NCBI GenBank assembly: GCA_041650715.1
Contig: JBAZKQ010000001.1
Span: forward strand, 587,146-651,145
Direction: 5' to 3'
From: Patescibacteria group bacterium
GTDB taxonomy: Bacteria > Patescibacteriota > Patescibacteriia > Patescibacteriales > UBA12465
DNA: 64,000 bases
Under the pieces are notes generated by a model. It had not been told where the DNA came from and ran no database searches. It worked only from the letters and a program-made list of their open reading frames with translations. Shown one piece after another: positions 10,070-19,807 of the stretch. The number at the start of each line of letters is the position of its first letter. The first letter of the stretch is position 1. Both the position numbers and the translations under genes were made by a program.

Positions 10070-10597
10070 TTAAATTAGGGTACAGTATTGGCTGCGCAAA
10101 TTATCTTGCTGCGCTCTGAGATCTCCTTGGTCTGCCGCCCCGTCAAGGCCGAGAAAATGGTTTAGGATATCGACGCTGATTAGGCTTTTCGGCAGACTGC
10201 AGGACATCCCCGAGTTAATCAGGACGCCGTCTTTATAAAAACCACCCTGATAATAGCAATTAGTTCCGGCCGGCCCGACGACGCTAAAAATATAGTCGCC
10301 GCCGTTCGCCTTGGTCTTAAATTCAGCCGGTTGGCATTTCGTAAATGAGCTCATTAAACATGTTTTATCGCTTCCGCAATTACGGACCAAGCCGTCGTCG
10401 CCCGAATCAGTAATATTCGGTTCGCTGGCCGTACCCGTGGCCTTATTCGTAACCGCATCAATGGTTCCGACCTCAGTCACCGCCGGGCTTACGGACGAAT
10501 CGCTTACCGGCGTAAAATCGACCTTCTTGGGCGTGCAGGCGCTCAAAGTTAAAACCAGAAACGGCAATATAATCGGCATTAATATGGCTTTTTTCAT
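10070..10597 (-). CDS. lipoprotein, function unknown
   Basis: Signal peptide plus lipobox LTLSAC. Cys-containing mature part. Confidence 0.4.
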   Translation of the reverse strand: MKKAILMPIILPFLVLTLSACTPKKVDFTPVSDSSVSPAVTEVGTIDAVTNKATGTASEPNITDSGDDGLVRNCGSDKTCLMSSFTKCQPAEFKTKANGGDYIFSVVGPAGTNCYYQGGFYKDGVLINSGMSCSLPKSLISVDILNHFLGLDGAADQGDLRAQQDNLRSQYCTLI

Positions 10598-10682
10598 ATA
10601 TTTATACAGCTATTATTTGATAAAAATTAATCTTCCTTAATTATATCAAATAATAGACAAAAATACATGGATTATAAGCTCT

Positions 10683-12137
10683 TTATTTTATCTTGCTTAA
10701 ATCAAGCTCTTCCGTAATTTTTACCGAAGCGACAAATTCCGGCATATGGCTCACCATAATTAGGGCACCTTCATACTTATTAATCGCCTCAGCGATAACC
10801 GGGATATGACGGAAATTAATATGATTAGTCGGCTCGTCAAGAATGAGCAAACCGGGAGCCATTAAAACCAGGCGGGCAAAAGAGAGTAGCCCTTTCTGGC
10901 CTTCGGAGAGCGCTCCGATTTTGTGTCCCATCAAGTCCCCTGTAATTAAGAAGCCGGCGGCCACCGAACGCAAATCCTGTTCATCGAGCCCGTCAGCCAT
11001 AGCATTTTTTAAAGAGTCAAAAACCTTTTCGTCAAAATCAAGGGTGGAAAAATCTTGGCTATAATAGCCGACGTGCACACCCGCGCTAATTGTCTGGCCT
11101 TCCTGTTTACCGGAAACAAGCGAGCGTAAGAGCGTGCTCTTGCCTATTCCGTTCGGACCGATAACGAGCAGACGATCTTTCTTACGTAATGTTTTATTAA
11201 TATCTTTTAAAATCGGCTCATGATTAACGATTAGTTTTAATTTATGTAAAACGACAATATCGCCGGTAATGTCCTGCACCGGAATCGTGAAGTCGCGAAT
11301 AGTTCTATCTTCCTGGCGAACTTCGACTTTATTTTCTTCGAGGTCTTCGGTTTCATCTTTTAATTTCTTGGCGAGTTTGCGCATCTTGCCGCCTTTATGA
11401 GCGAAGAAATTAACTTTCTCTTTACGGTCTTTAATCTGCTTTTCGAGCTGGGCATTTTCGCGCTGTTCCCTTTCGACACGGCGGGATATTTCTTCGACGA
11501 CGGAATAATAATCGCCGACGTACATTTCCGTCTTATGGGTAAAATTATTTAAATAGACAACCCCTTCGGTAAAGCAATTCAAGAAATCGGCATCATGGGA
11601 AATAACCAAAACTGTTTTATCATACATCACCAAGAAAGTGATAAGATGATCAATCCCGGCCTTATCGAGATTATTCGTCGGCTCGTCCAATAATAAAATA
11701 TCCGGGTTTTGAATTAAGGAATAGGCGAGGAGGAGGCGCGCCTGCTGACCGCCGGATAATTTACCGACAATGCGGTCGAGCGGAATCGAAAAATTAACCG
11801 CTTCGAGCGCTTTGTTTATCCGGCTTTTAATATTACCCGGGACTTCGGCGAAGGCTTTAGAAAAATAAGCCTCGACCGTTAATTCCAGATCGCCTTGAGC
11901 TACGGTCTGACTCGCCGTGCCGATAGTCGCACCGTTCATTACCGATATCTGCCCGTCCTTCGGCACTAAATCTTTTTTTATCAAACCAAAAATCGTGCTT
12001 TTGCCGGCGCCGTTCTGGCCCATTAAGGTCATTTTTGCGCCCCGGCGCAAACTAAAACAAGCCTCGTCGAGAATCGGACGTTTATTTATATATTCGAATT
12101 TGACGTTATCAAATCTTAAGACTACTTCCTCTGCCAT
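10683..12137 (-). CDS. ABC-F family ATPase (tandem NBDs, no TMD)
   Basis: Two Walker A sites (GQNGAGKST, GPNGIGKST), two signature motifs (LSGGQQ, LSEGQK), two Walker B sites (LLLDEPTN, LILDEPTN) and a charged linker. Confidence 0.7.
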   Translation of the reverse strand: MAEEVVLRFDNVKFEYINKRPILDEACFSLRRGAKMTLMGQNGAGKSTIFGLIKKDLVPKDGQISVMNGATIGTASQTVAQGDLELTVEAYFSKAFAEVPGNIKSRINKALEAVNFSIPLDRIVGKLSGGQQARLLLAYSLIQNPDILLLDEPTNNLDKAGIDHLITFLVMYDKTVLVISHDADFLNCFTEGVVYLNNFTHKTEMYVGDYYSVVEEISRRVEREQRENAQLEKQIKDRKEKVNFFAHKGGKMRKLAKKLKDETEDLEENKVEVRQEDRTIRDFTIPVQDITGDIVVLHKLKLIVNHEPILKDINKTLRKKDRLLVIGPNGIGKSTLLRSLVSGKQEGQTISAGVHVGYYSQDFSTLDFDEKVFDSLKNAMADGLDEQDLRSVAAGFLITGDLMGHKIGALSEGQKGLLSFARLVLMAPGLLILDEPTNHINFRHIPVIAEAINKYEGALIMVSHMPEFVASVKITEELDLSKIK

Positions 12138-12153
12138 AGAATTTTTATATTAT

Positions 12154-13290
12154 TTAATACATCGCCGCCGCCACGACTTTGGCCGCTTCCTTATTAAAGG
12201 GGTCGGCTAAAATCAAGTCGGCTGTCGGTTCGCTAATAAGAGCTGCTAAATTTTCGGCCGCTCTAATTAACATCGCGTCAGTTATCTGCTTTATCTTATT
12301 ATCGAGTGCGCCACGGAATATTCCCGGGAACACCAAAACGTTATTAATTTGATTCGGATAATCGCTCCGGCCGCTCGCGACGATTAAAGCGCCGGCCGCC
12401 TTCGCCTCCTCCGGCATGATTTCCGGAACCGGGTTGGCCAACGCGAAAATTATCGGCTGAGCTTTCATAGTCTTAACCATGTCTCCGGTTAATATACCCG
12501 GCGCGCTCACACCGATAAAGATATCAGCGTCTTTAACCAGTTCAGATAGACTTCCTTTTTTAAGCTGGCGATTAGTAATAGCGGCTAAATCTTTTTTCGA
12601 GTCTGTTATGTCGGGCCGACCGGTATAAATCGCACCGGTACGGTCGCAGAGCGTAATATTTTTAAATCCGTAGGCCAACAAAAGCTTGGTTATGGCCGAA
12701 CCGGCGGCGCCGGAACCGTTAATTATAATTTCGACCTCTTCTTTTTTTGAACCGCGCACTTTAAGCGCGTTAATAAGCCCCGCTAAAACAACCGTGGCCG
12801 TCCCGTGCTGATCGTCATGCATGACCGGAATATCAAGCTCCGCTTTAAGGCGGTCTTCAATTTCAAAACAGCGTGGCGCGGAAATATCTTCAAGATTAAT
12901 ACCGCCGAATACCGGCGCTAAATATTTTACGGTTTTGATTATCTCTTCTGTGTCCTGAGTATCGAGGCAAATCGGAAAAGCGTCCACGCCGGCAAATTCT
13001 TTAAAAAGCACACATTTCCCTTCCATGACCGGGAGAGCCGCTTCGGCACCCAGATTGCCTAAACCGAGAATCGCACTCCCGTCCGTAATCACGGCGACGG
13101 TATTCCCTTTGAGCGTTAAAGCGCTTGTCTGGCTCTTATCTTTGGCAATCACGCGGCAAACTTCAGCCACGCCGGGCGTATAAGCCAAACTTAAATCTGC
13201 TTTATTGTTTACCGGTACCTTCGAGACGACTGCTAATTTACCCTGATGGGCGCGGTGCATGTCAACCGACTCTTGATAAACGTCTTTCAT
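12154..13290 (-). CDS. NAD(P)-dependent malic enzyme
   Basis: DMHRAHQGKLAVVSKVPVNNKADLSLAYTPGVAEVC... is the malic-enzyme N-terminal and NAD-binding domain pattern. Confidence 0.75.
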   Translation of the reverse strand: MKDVYQESVDMHRAHQGKLAVVSKVPVNNKADLSLAYTPGVAEVCRVIAKDKSQTSALTLKGNTVAVITDGSAILGLGNLGAEAALPVMEGKCVLFKEFAGVDAFPICLDTQDTEEIIKTVKYLAPVFGGINLEDISAPRCFEIEDRLKAELDIPVMHDDQHGTATVVLAGLINALKVRGSKKEEVEIIINGSGAAGSAITKLLLAYGFKNITLCDRTGAIYTGRPDITDSKKDLAAITNRQLKKGSLSELVKDADIFIGVSAPGILTGDMVKTMKAQPIIFALANPVPEIMPEEAKAAGALIVASGRSDYPNQINNVLVFPGIFRGALDNKIKQITDAMLIRAAENLAALISEPTADLILADPFNKEAAKVVAAAMY

Positions 13291-13384
13291 AAATTTTATA
13301 TATTTTAGCCAAAATTTTTAATAATTAAATAAGTCCCAACTAAGAAATTATCATAACACATAATTTCATTTAAAAAAAGAGCTA

Positions 13385-13445
13385 AAAAGCTGGCCCGGGG
13401 CGACTTAGCGCCCAGCGAAAAAGCTGGCCTCAGGGGCCAGCTAAA
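13385..13445 (-). terminator. tandem GC-rich hairpins with T-runs (minus-strand sense) after ABC-2 operon
   Basis: agctggcctcaggggccagct (8-bp stem) and gggcgacttagcgccc, each followed by T-runs on the minus strand. Confidence 0.5.
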
Positions 13446-13494
13446 ATCATATCATTATATAATCGCTATCTAATCGCTCTCAATTTAAATCTCT

Positions 13495-14241
13495 TTAAAT
13501 CTGAATTTTCGAGAAGGAATAGGCACCGACAGAAATAGCAATAAAAGATAAAACGAGCAAAGCCCCCAAATCCGTTAATAGACTAAACTGGCCGATACCG
13601 GCGAGAGCAAAGCGCAGGCCGTCAACGCCATAAGTTAGGGGATCAAAAAGGGCGATGTTTTTTAAAGTCGAGGGTGCGCTTGAAAGCGGGAAAATAGCGC
13701 CGGAAAGAAAAAAGAGAGGCATGATAAAAAAATTCACGATTAACTGGAAGCCCTGGAAATCTTTTAGGGCCGAGCCGATGGCCGTCCCGATGGCCGTAAA
13801 TAATAAAGCGATTAAAAACATAAACAAAACGGCGAGCGGTATCATGGCTAAACTATAAAAACGAAAACCGAAAATGAGCGCCAAGAGAATCACAATTATG
13901 CCCTGCGCCGTCGAAACAGTCGCTCCTCCCAAGGTGCGGCCAAGCATGATATTAAAGCGCGAAACCGGCGCCACCAGAGTTTCCTTTAAAAAACCGAATT
14001 GCCGATCAAAAATAATTTCCATGCCGGAAAAAACCGCCGAGAAAATTATACTCATCGCGACGACCCCCGGTGCTAAAAATTCTAAATAATTGCCCTGCCC
14101 CGCCTGCTGAAATACCGGTCCGAAGCCGAAGCCGAGCGCCACCAAAAAAAGTAAAGGTTGGCCGAGCGCCCCGACGATGCGCGACTTCGAGCGATAATAA
14201 CGTTTAATTTGTCGAATCCACAAGATATATATTGTCTGCAT
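13495..14241 (-). CDS. ABC-2 type transporter permease
   Basis: 248 aa, six hydrophobic helices, ABC2_membrane-like. Adjacent to an ATPase. Confidence 0.65.
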   Translation of the reverse strand: MQTIYILWIRQIKRYYRSKSRIVGALGQPLLFLVALGFGFGPVFQQAGQGNYLEFLAPGVVAMSIIFSAVFSGMEIIFDRQFGFLKETLVAPVSRFNIMLGRTLGGATVSTAQGIIVILLALIFGFRFYSLAMIPLAVLFMFLIALLFTAIGTAIGSALKDFQGFQLIVNFFIMPLFFLSGAIFPLSSAPSTLKNIALFDPLTYGVDGLRFALAGIGQFSLLTDLGALLVLSFIAISVGAYSFSKIQI

Positions 14242-14286
14242 ATTTTTTATTTAGAGCCCGCAATAAGACCGGGCCGCCGTAACACT

Positions 14287-15081
14287 TTAGCGGCGGCGCG
14301 CATTAACCATATTGCGCATATTTTCCATCGGACCGACTTCCTCGTCCCGAATCGTATGACCGGTCAGTTCAAGAAAGGCATCTTCTAAATTTGTTTTTTT
14401 AGTTTGGGTAATTAAATCCGCCGGCGTACCCGCGGCGACAATTTTGCCCGCATCGATCACCGCGACATAGTCCGCGCTTTTTTCCGCTTCTTCGATATAA
14501 TGCGTCGTGAAAAAAACTGTCAGGCCCTGTTCCTGATTAAGCTTCTTAACATAGGACCAAATATGATTGCGTGTCTGGGGGTCGAGCCCTTGCGTCGGTT
14601 CGTCTAAAAATAAAACCTGCGGCTTATGTAAGAATCCGCGCGCAATTTCGAGGCGGCGCTTCATGCCGCCGGAAAAAGTTTTGACGAATTTATCCTGCCG
14701 CTCCCAAAGCTCGACAAATTCGAGCAGACTTTTTATTTTTTCTTTTAAGTCCGACCGATCAAGCCCGTAGAGCCGCGCATGGATTTCCATATTTTCGTAA
14801 GCCGTTAGCTCATCATCAAGGCTCGGATCCTGAAAAACAATGCCTAAGCAGTTACGAATTTTATTTTGGTCATGCTCAATATCATAGCCGGCGATTTTTA
14901 TGGTCCCGCTACTTTTCGCAAGCAGAGTCGTCATTATTTTTATGGTCGTGCTTTTACCGGCCCCGTTCGGCCCGAGAAAAGCGAAAATCTGGCCACGCGG
15001 AATCGTGAAGCTGATATCGTTAACGGCACTAAAATCACCGAATTTTTTTACTAAATTTTTGACTTCAATTATATTGTCCAT
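14287..15081 (-). CDS. ABC transporter ATP-binding protein (ABC-2 partner)
   Basis: GPNGAGKST, LSGGMKRRLEIARG, VLFLDEPTQGLD. Confidence 0.8.
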   Translation of the reverse strand: MDNIIEVKNLVKKFGDFSAVNDISFTIPRGQIFAFLGPNGAGKSTTIKIMTTLLAKSSGTIKIAGYDIEHDQNKIRNCLGIVFQDPSLDDELTAYENMEIHARLYGLDRSDLKEKIKSLLEFVELWERQDKFVKTFSGGMKRRLEIARGFLHKPQVLFLDEPTQGLDPQTRNHIWSYVKKLNQEQGLTVFFTTHYIEEAEKSADYVAVIDAGKIVAAGTPADLITQTKKTNLEDAFLELTGHTIRDEEVGPMENMRNMVNARRR

Positions 15082-15125
15082 ATTTGTCGATTACTCCATT
15101 AATACGCACCCCGAGCAATTAAATT

Positions 15126-17108
15126 TTAAGGAGTGAGCTCAAATTGAACCAAGCTGGAAGATGCATTCCAATCGGTAATAAACATTTTCCCGTCCGCTGC
15201 ATAAAACATCTCATTCGGAGTTATGTCCGGTGTTGAAAAAACTTCGGGTGCAGCCGTATCAAAGTTCTTATATCTGGTAATGGTATGGTTAATTCCTAAG
15301 ACATATAAATCATTATCTTTGACAAAGGTGCCATACGAGTTCGCTCCGCCCAAAGCAAAAGTTGAGGTCGCCATAGTACGCGTATCGACTTTATAGCCCA
15401 TCGGAGTCGCCGAACCGTCATCGGTGCCCATATAACACATGGCTCCCGTTTCATCCAGATAGCGGCAAGCCATATCATCCGTTAAATAACTATTTGTTCC
15501 CAGGCTAACGCTGGTATAAGTTAAGTCGGTCAGACTCACTTTCGCGAATCGATTCGGCGCGTCGAAAACGCTGGAAACATACATCTCGCTGCGACCGCTA
15601 TAATTTACCAGAGTAGCGGCGTGCGGATAATAAACTTTATTTGGGGCCGTTCCCCAACCGCGCTGCGCGACTAAAACCCCGTCCGATATTCTAATCTTAA
15701 AGAATTGCGCGGGATTATAATTAAAGGTCGCACCATAAATATAGGTGCCGTCGGTCACAATCGGCGGCGACCAACCCGTATATAGGGGGCCATTATATAA
15801 TATCTCCCAATCGGCAATATTATTCGGATTGATTCTGAGGATTGTCATTTTAAGCGGAGATACATAAGCAACCCCATCATAACAGCTCGCGTAGAGTTGA
15901 TCGTGGACAGAATCATAAATCAGATATTCGAGATTGGCATGACCGGTTAAAGTGACTGTTTGACTATCGGATAAATCATCGGGATTATTAAAAACCGTAA
16001 TCGTCGCCGGATCAGTCCGTCCGCCGATAAAAAATTTATTGCCGGCGCGCACTGTGCCATGCGGATTAGAAAATAAGCCTTTGGCGCTTTGATTAATTTT
16101 ATAATTTGACGAGACCGTAGCAAAATTACTATAGTCGCTTTTCCAAGCGGTTGCCTTAATGGTTGCGTCGGCGTTAACATAAATCGGACTGGAATATTTC
16201 GGGCTTAAGGTCCCCGGATCGGAGCCATCGGTCGTATAATAAATATCGGCATCTGCCGCCGGTGTACTCGTTAAAGTTACCGGCGTCCCAATCGTAGCGC
16301 TCTCGCCTACTTTTTGAAAATAAACCGGAATTAAGCTGGCGGCGGGAGAAAAAGAAACCGATAAGAGCGCATCGTTTTTCGGAGGCACTATAAGCGGCCG
16401 GCCACTCGAAGGCACAAAAGTAAAAGGATTAAAATATAGATTTTGACCGCAGGCAATCTTAATATTATCAATATTGGCCCCATTTACAACGCCCGAATTG
16501 GCGTTCAGATAGCAGTTCTGACCGGCTAATTTCGAAATTGCCGTCACTAAATAATTATCCCCAGTATTTAATTTCTTCGGAAAAGTAAAATTACTGTTAT
16601 CACCGTTATTAATCGTAATTCCGTCGCCGCCGTTATTTTGCAAAAGAACCGGGCCGCTAATGCCGGTAATATTTCCGCCGATTGAATATTGGCCGCTCAC
16701 TGGATTTATAACGGGGCTAAGGGCTGGACTTACAACCGGACTCGCGACTGGATTCGTGATGCTTGGAGACAGCGACTTATTTATAAAACCACGTGTCAGC
16801 GGGCCGAAGAATCCCGAAGCCGGCGAAATTTTATTTGCTTTCTGAAATTTAATCAGGGCCGCTTTAGTGGCGGGACCGAAATAATTAGTTTCCTGCCCTG
16901 GTGCGCCGACTCCGCTTAAAGCGACCGGAGTGCCCTGAGCATTCAAATACTTCTGTAATGCTTTAACGTCAGAATTAACATTACCGATTTTTAGATTATT
17001 GTTAAAATTAGCGGCCGCCTGCGCGGAAAAATTAGTGCCTAATAAACTTAGACTGAGTAAAACTAAACTAAAAAATCCGCTGAGTATTAATTTTTTGCTA
17101 TTATTCAT
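15126..17108 (-). CDS. secreted protein with N-terminal peptidoglycan-binding (PG_binding_1) domain and large beta-rich C-terminal region
   Basis: Signal peptide. DVKALQKYLNAQGT...FGPATKAALIKFQKANKI matches PG_binding_1. Confidence 0.5.
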   Translation of the reverse strand: MNNSKKLILSGFFSLVLLSLSLLGTNFSAQAAANFNNNLKIGNVNSDVKALQKYLNAQGTPVALSGVGAPGQETNYFGPATKAALIKFQKANKISPASGFFGPLTRGFINKSLSPSITNPVASPVVSPALSPVINPVSGQYSIGGNITGISGPVLLQNNGGDGITINNGDNSNFTFPKKLNTGDNYLVTAISKLAGQNCYLNANSGVVNGANIDNIKIACGQNLYFNPFTFVPSSGRPLIVPPKNDALLSVSFSPAASLIPVYFQKVGESATIGTPVTLTSTPAADADIYYTTDGSDPGTLSPKYSSPIYVNADATIKATAWKSDYSNFATVSSNYKINQSAKGLFSNPHGTVRAGNKFFIGGRTDPATITVFNNPDDLSDSQTVTLTGHANLEYLIYDSVHDQLYASCYDGVAYVSPLKMTILRINPNNIADWEILYNGPLYTGWSPPIVTDGTYIYGATFNYNPAQFFKIRISDGVLVAQRGWGTAPNKVYYPHAATLVNYSGRSEMYVSSVFDAPNRFAKVSLTDLTYTSVSLGTNSYLTDDMACRYLDETGAMCYMGTDDGSATPMGYKVDTRTMATSTFALGGANSYGTFVKDNDLYVLGINHTITRYKNFDTAAPEVFSTPDITPNEMFYAADGKMFITDWNASSSLVQFELTP

Positions 17109-17276
17109 ACGAAAAACTTGCCCCCCGGGCTTAAATTATATTATTTTCCCCATCCTAAATATTATAGCATAATTCGCGAATTTTATAATATTACAGTAAA
17201 ACCCGCACGTCCGAAGGAAAAATAAAAAAAGGAAGCCGGTTTAAGGACTCCCTATAGTATTCTGAAATGCATTTTT

Positions 17277-17654
17277 TCATTTATTGATAATTCTGGCTTC
17301 ATCAACCGCCACCTGATTTATTTGCTGAGAATCATCAGTTAAATAAAACAACACGGGTCTGTCACATCCAATTGTTGGGTAAAGTCTTAACTGGGCATAA
17401 GTTACATTCTTAAGGTATTTTTTGCTTGTTAAGATTTCGCCATCTTTTTCTTCAACCACGGTTGTTTCAACTTCAAAATTACCGCAATGAGGAAGAAATA
17501 AGCTTGCCTGCCATTTATTTTCAAGGGACTCTGCTCTCGCCTTATCACGTGTCCATCGACTTAAAAAAGCCATACAGACTACAAACGAAAGTACCACAAG
17601 CATAAATTGAATAAAACCCCAATAATACCTAAATCCGCGATTAGTTTTTTCCAT
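17277..17654 (-). CDS. small membrane-anchored hypothetical protein
   Basis: 125 aa with one N-terminal TM helix. Confidence 0.3.
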   Translation of the reverse strand: MEKTNRGFRYYWGFIQFMLVVLSFVVCMAFLSRWTRDKARAESLENKWQASLFLPHCGNFEVETTVVEEKDGEILTSKKYLKNVTYAQLRLYPTIGCDRPVLFYLTDDSQQINQVAVDEARIINK

Positions 17655-17803
17655 GATTTCAATTATTTAAGATTAACAATATTGGATTAATTACTAAATC
17701 TACCTATGTTCAGATAAACTTGGTAATTAACCCAATTTAACCTTATTTTTGAAAGATCTATTTAACAAAAAAATATACCATCTTGGTATACTTTTGTCAA
17801 TAT

Positions 17804-17818
17804 GCGGAGAGGGTGGGA
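17804..17818. repeat. 15-bp copy of tRNA-Ser(UGA) 3'-end (gcggagagggtggga), copy 1 of 3
   Basis: Exact match to the 3' acceptor/T-arm end of the tRNA at 18597-18683. Also present at 18391-18407. Confidence 0.6.
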
Positions 17819-17835
17819 CACACATGCAATAGCAA

Positions 17836-17864
17836 TTGACAATTTACTTATATTATGATAATAT
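17836..17864 (+). promoter_or_regulatory. sigma70-like promoter (TTGACA-17nt-TAATAT) for HIT gene
   Basis: ttgaca at 17836-17841, taatat at 17859-17864. RBS aggagg at 17901-17906, GTG start at 17912. Confidence 0.5.
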
Positions 17865-17911
17865 GTCTATTCAACTATAATATTAACGAACTTTAAAAAA
17901 AGGAGGTTAAA

Positions 17912-18301
17912 GTGTGTGTATTTTGTAATTTAAATAAAGACCTGATTTTGCTTGAATCGAAATATACTGTCTTACTTGCTAATTATTTCCCACTAAGCGA
18001 TTTCAACCTATTAGCTATACCGAAAAGGCATGTTTATTCTATTACTGATTTATCTATTGAAGAATCGGCTGATATTATGCAAGTCATGGCTTTAGCGGTT
18101 AACAATATCAAAACAGCAATTAAACCAGAAGGGGTAAATATGTTTATCAACGAAGGCAAAATTGCCGGCCAAACAATACCGCATCTTCACTTTCACATAG
18201 TTGTCAGAAATACAAACGACAACTTAGAAAATTTTAAACGTAATGGTGAAAAAAAAGCTATTACAAAAGAAGATTTGGTATTAATTAAAACTATATTTTA
18301 A
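17912..18301 (+). CDS. HIT-family (histidine triad) hydrolase
   Basis: HLHFHIV histidine triad. N-terminal Cys cluster CVFC. Confidence 0.7.
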   Translation: MCVFCNLNKDLILLESKYTVLLANYFPLSDFNLLAIPKRHVYSITDLSIEESADIMQVMALAVNNIKTAIKPEGVNMFINEGKIAGQTIPHLHFHIVVRNTNDNLENFKRNGEKKAITKEDLVLIKTIF

Positions 18302-18355
18302 AAAGGAGTGAAAGCCCCTTTTTTTTATTTGCCTATTATTTTTACTTTTATCTAT

Positions 18356-18385
18356 AAAAAAACAAGGCTTTCGCCTTGTTTTTCG
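18356..18385 (+). terminator. intrinsic terminator after HIT gene
   Basis: aaaaacaaggctttcgccttgttttt hairpin plus T-run. Confidence 0.5.
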
Positions 18386-18390
18386 TACTT

Positions 18391-18407
18391 GCGGAGAGGG
18401 TGGGATT
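18391..18407. repeat. 17-bp copy of tRNA-Ser 3'-end (gcggagagggtgggatt), copy 2 of 3 (pseudo-tRNA fragment)
   Basis: Matches the tRNA 3' end through the T-arm start, then diverges into a CG-rich segment. Confidence 0.6.
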
Positions 18408-18564
18408 TCCGCGCTCGCTTTTCTATCGAAAAGCTCACTTGTCCAGACCGGCCGCTAAGCGCTACGCTCGCTCGCGCTTATCGTCGCTCGTCCAATAGTC
18501 GGAGCTTGCGCTCCTCCTATTGCCTCGCTCGCCGCTTGTTCGAATCGCCTTGTTGTATAAAATA

Positions 18565-18587
18565 AAACAGCCAAATTGGCTGTTTTA
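18565..18587 (-). terminator. hairpin terminator immediately 3' of tRNA-Ser(UGA)
   Basis: aacagccaaattggctgtt perfect stem flanked by A/T runs. Confidence 0.5.
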
Positions 18588-18596
18588 TTTTATACG

Positions 18597-18683
18597 CGGA
18601 GAGGGTGGGATTCGAACCCACGGTCGGCTTGCACCGACGACAGTTTTCAAGACTGTTCCATTCGACCGCTCTGGCACCTCTCC
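18597..18683 (-). tRNA. tRNA-Ser(UGA): tRNA-Ser (anticodon UGA), long variable arm
   Basis: Minus-strand cloverleaf: GGAGAGG acceptor, anticodon loop cuUGAaa, long variable arm, GGTTCGAATCC T-arm. No encoded CCA. Confidence 0.8.
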
Positions 18684-18774
18684 TGAGCGCTGTTTTTACC
18701 CTAACACTATAATAAATATTTCATTTTATGTCAAAAAATGCTATCATATAGATATAATAATTTAATTAAATAAT

Positions 18775-19188
18775 ATGGCCCTTATCACTTGGACCGATGA
18801 GTTTTCCGTCGGTGTGGCGGAGCTTGACGAGCAGCATAAAAAATTAATTGCTATCATCAACGAGCTTTTCATCTTGTACTCGGAAAAGAAGTTCGAAAAA
18901 ATTGACGTCGAACCAATTTTTCATGCGCTCTTGGATTACTGCGACCAACATCTCGCGACCGAAGAATATTATTTCAACCTTTATAACTACCCGAAAAAAG
19001 ACCAACATATTGAGATGCATAATAATTACCGCACAAAAATTGCCGAGCTTAAGGTCGGCTACGATCAAGAAAATAGTGAAAAAACTTTATTTGCCATTAA
19101 TGAGTTTCTAAATGAATGGTGGGTCTGGCATATTAATAATGTCGATAAAGAATACACCGCTTATTTTAACGCCAACGGTTTAAAATAA
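18775..19188 (+). CDS. bacteriohemerythrin (HHE cation-binding domain)
   Basis: ITWTDEFSVGVAELDEQHKKLIAIINEL plus downstream His/Glu ligands. Confidence 0.75.
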   Translation: MALITWTDEFSVGVAELDEQHKKLIAIINELFILYSEKKFEKIDVEPIFHALLDYCDQHLATEEYYFNLYNYPKKDQHIEMHNNYRTKIAELKVGYDQENSEKTLFAINEFLNEWWVWHINNVDKEYTAYFNANGLK

Positions 19189-19290
19189 GCGGCTTAAATA
19201 GTTATTATCAAAAAACATATATCGCCATTAACATAAAAGACCCGACATGGGCCTTTTATGTTATATATTAATCGGAGCGCTGGCTCCGGC

Positions 19291-19728
19291 TTATTGCTTC
19301 ATGATAGCGACATCGCGTAAAACTTCCTCGGCGTGTTCGGCCGGCTTCACTTTTTCATAGACTTTAGCGATCTTCCCAGCCGGATCGATTAAATATGAAA
19401 TACGCCGCACCAAGCCGTTCGCGCCATATGCTTTTACGATTTTTTTATCGTTATCGGAGAGCAAAGTAAAGGGCAAACCGAATTTTTGCACAAATTTCTC
19501 ATGGCTCGCCACCGAGTCCGTACTTACGCCTAAAATAACCGTCTCCGTTTTCGTGAAATGCGGGTAGTTGTCTCGTAAAGCACAGGCTTCGGTGGTGCAG
19601 CCCGGAGTATTATCACGCGGATAAAAATACAATAGAACCCATTTACCCTGATAATCCGATAATTTATGCGTTATTCCGTTTTGGTCTGGCGCCACAATTT
19701 CTGGGGCGCTCGTTCCTGCTTTTAACAT
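19291..19728 (-). CDS. bcp: peroxiredoxin Bcp (thiol peroxidase)
   Basis: GKWVLLYFYPRDNTPGCTTEACALRD is the Bcp/AhpC-TSA active-site motif. Confidence 0.8.
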   Translation of the reverse strand: MLKAGTSAPEIVAPDQNGITHKLSDYQGKWVLLYFYPRDNTPGCTTEACALRDNYPHFTKTETVILGVSTDSVASHEKFVQKFGLPFTLLSDNDKKIVKAYGANGLVRRISYLIDPAGKIAKVYEKVKPAEHAEEVLRDVAIMKQ

Positions 19729-19807
19729 ATATCAATAATTATTTTTCTTATAATCATATATACGCTTCGGGCCGAAAAAAAAGTTTAAAGATCAAATAAA
19801 ACTTTGA

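Noticed and set aside
10683-12137. ABC transporter with missing permease
   Set aside because: Tandem NBDs without a TMD, plus a charged inter-domain linker, indicate a soluble ABC-F type protein, not a transporter.
18391-18683. tmRNA (ssrA) because of the tRNA-like 3' end and an upstream structured GC-rich segment
   Set aside because: The tRNA has a normal anticodon stem-loop (UGA) and a long variable arm, so it is a complete tRNA-Ser. The upstream copy is only a 17-nt 3'-end fragment.
18308-18765. 85-aa and 81-aa ORFs in the six-frame track
   Set aside because: They overlap the tRNA gene, the terminator hairpin and the CG-rich low-complexity segment. They have no start context and are spurious.
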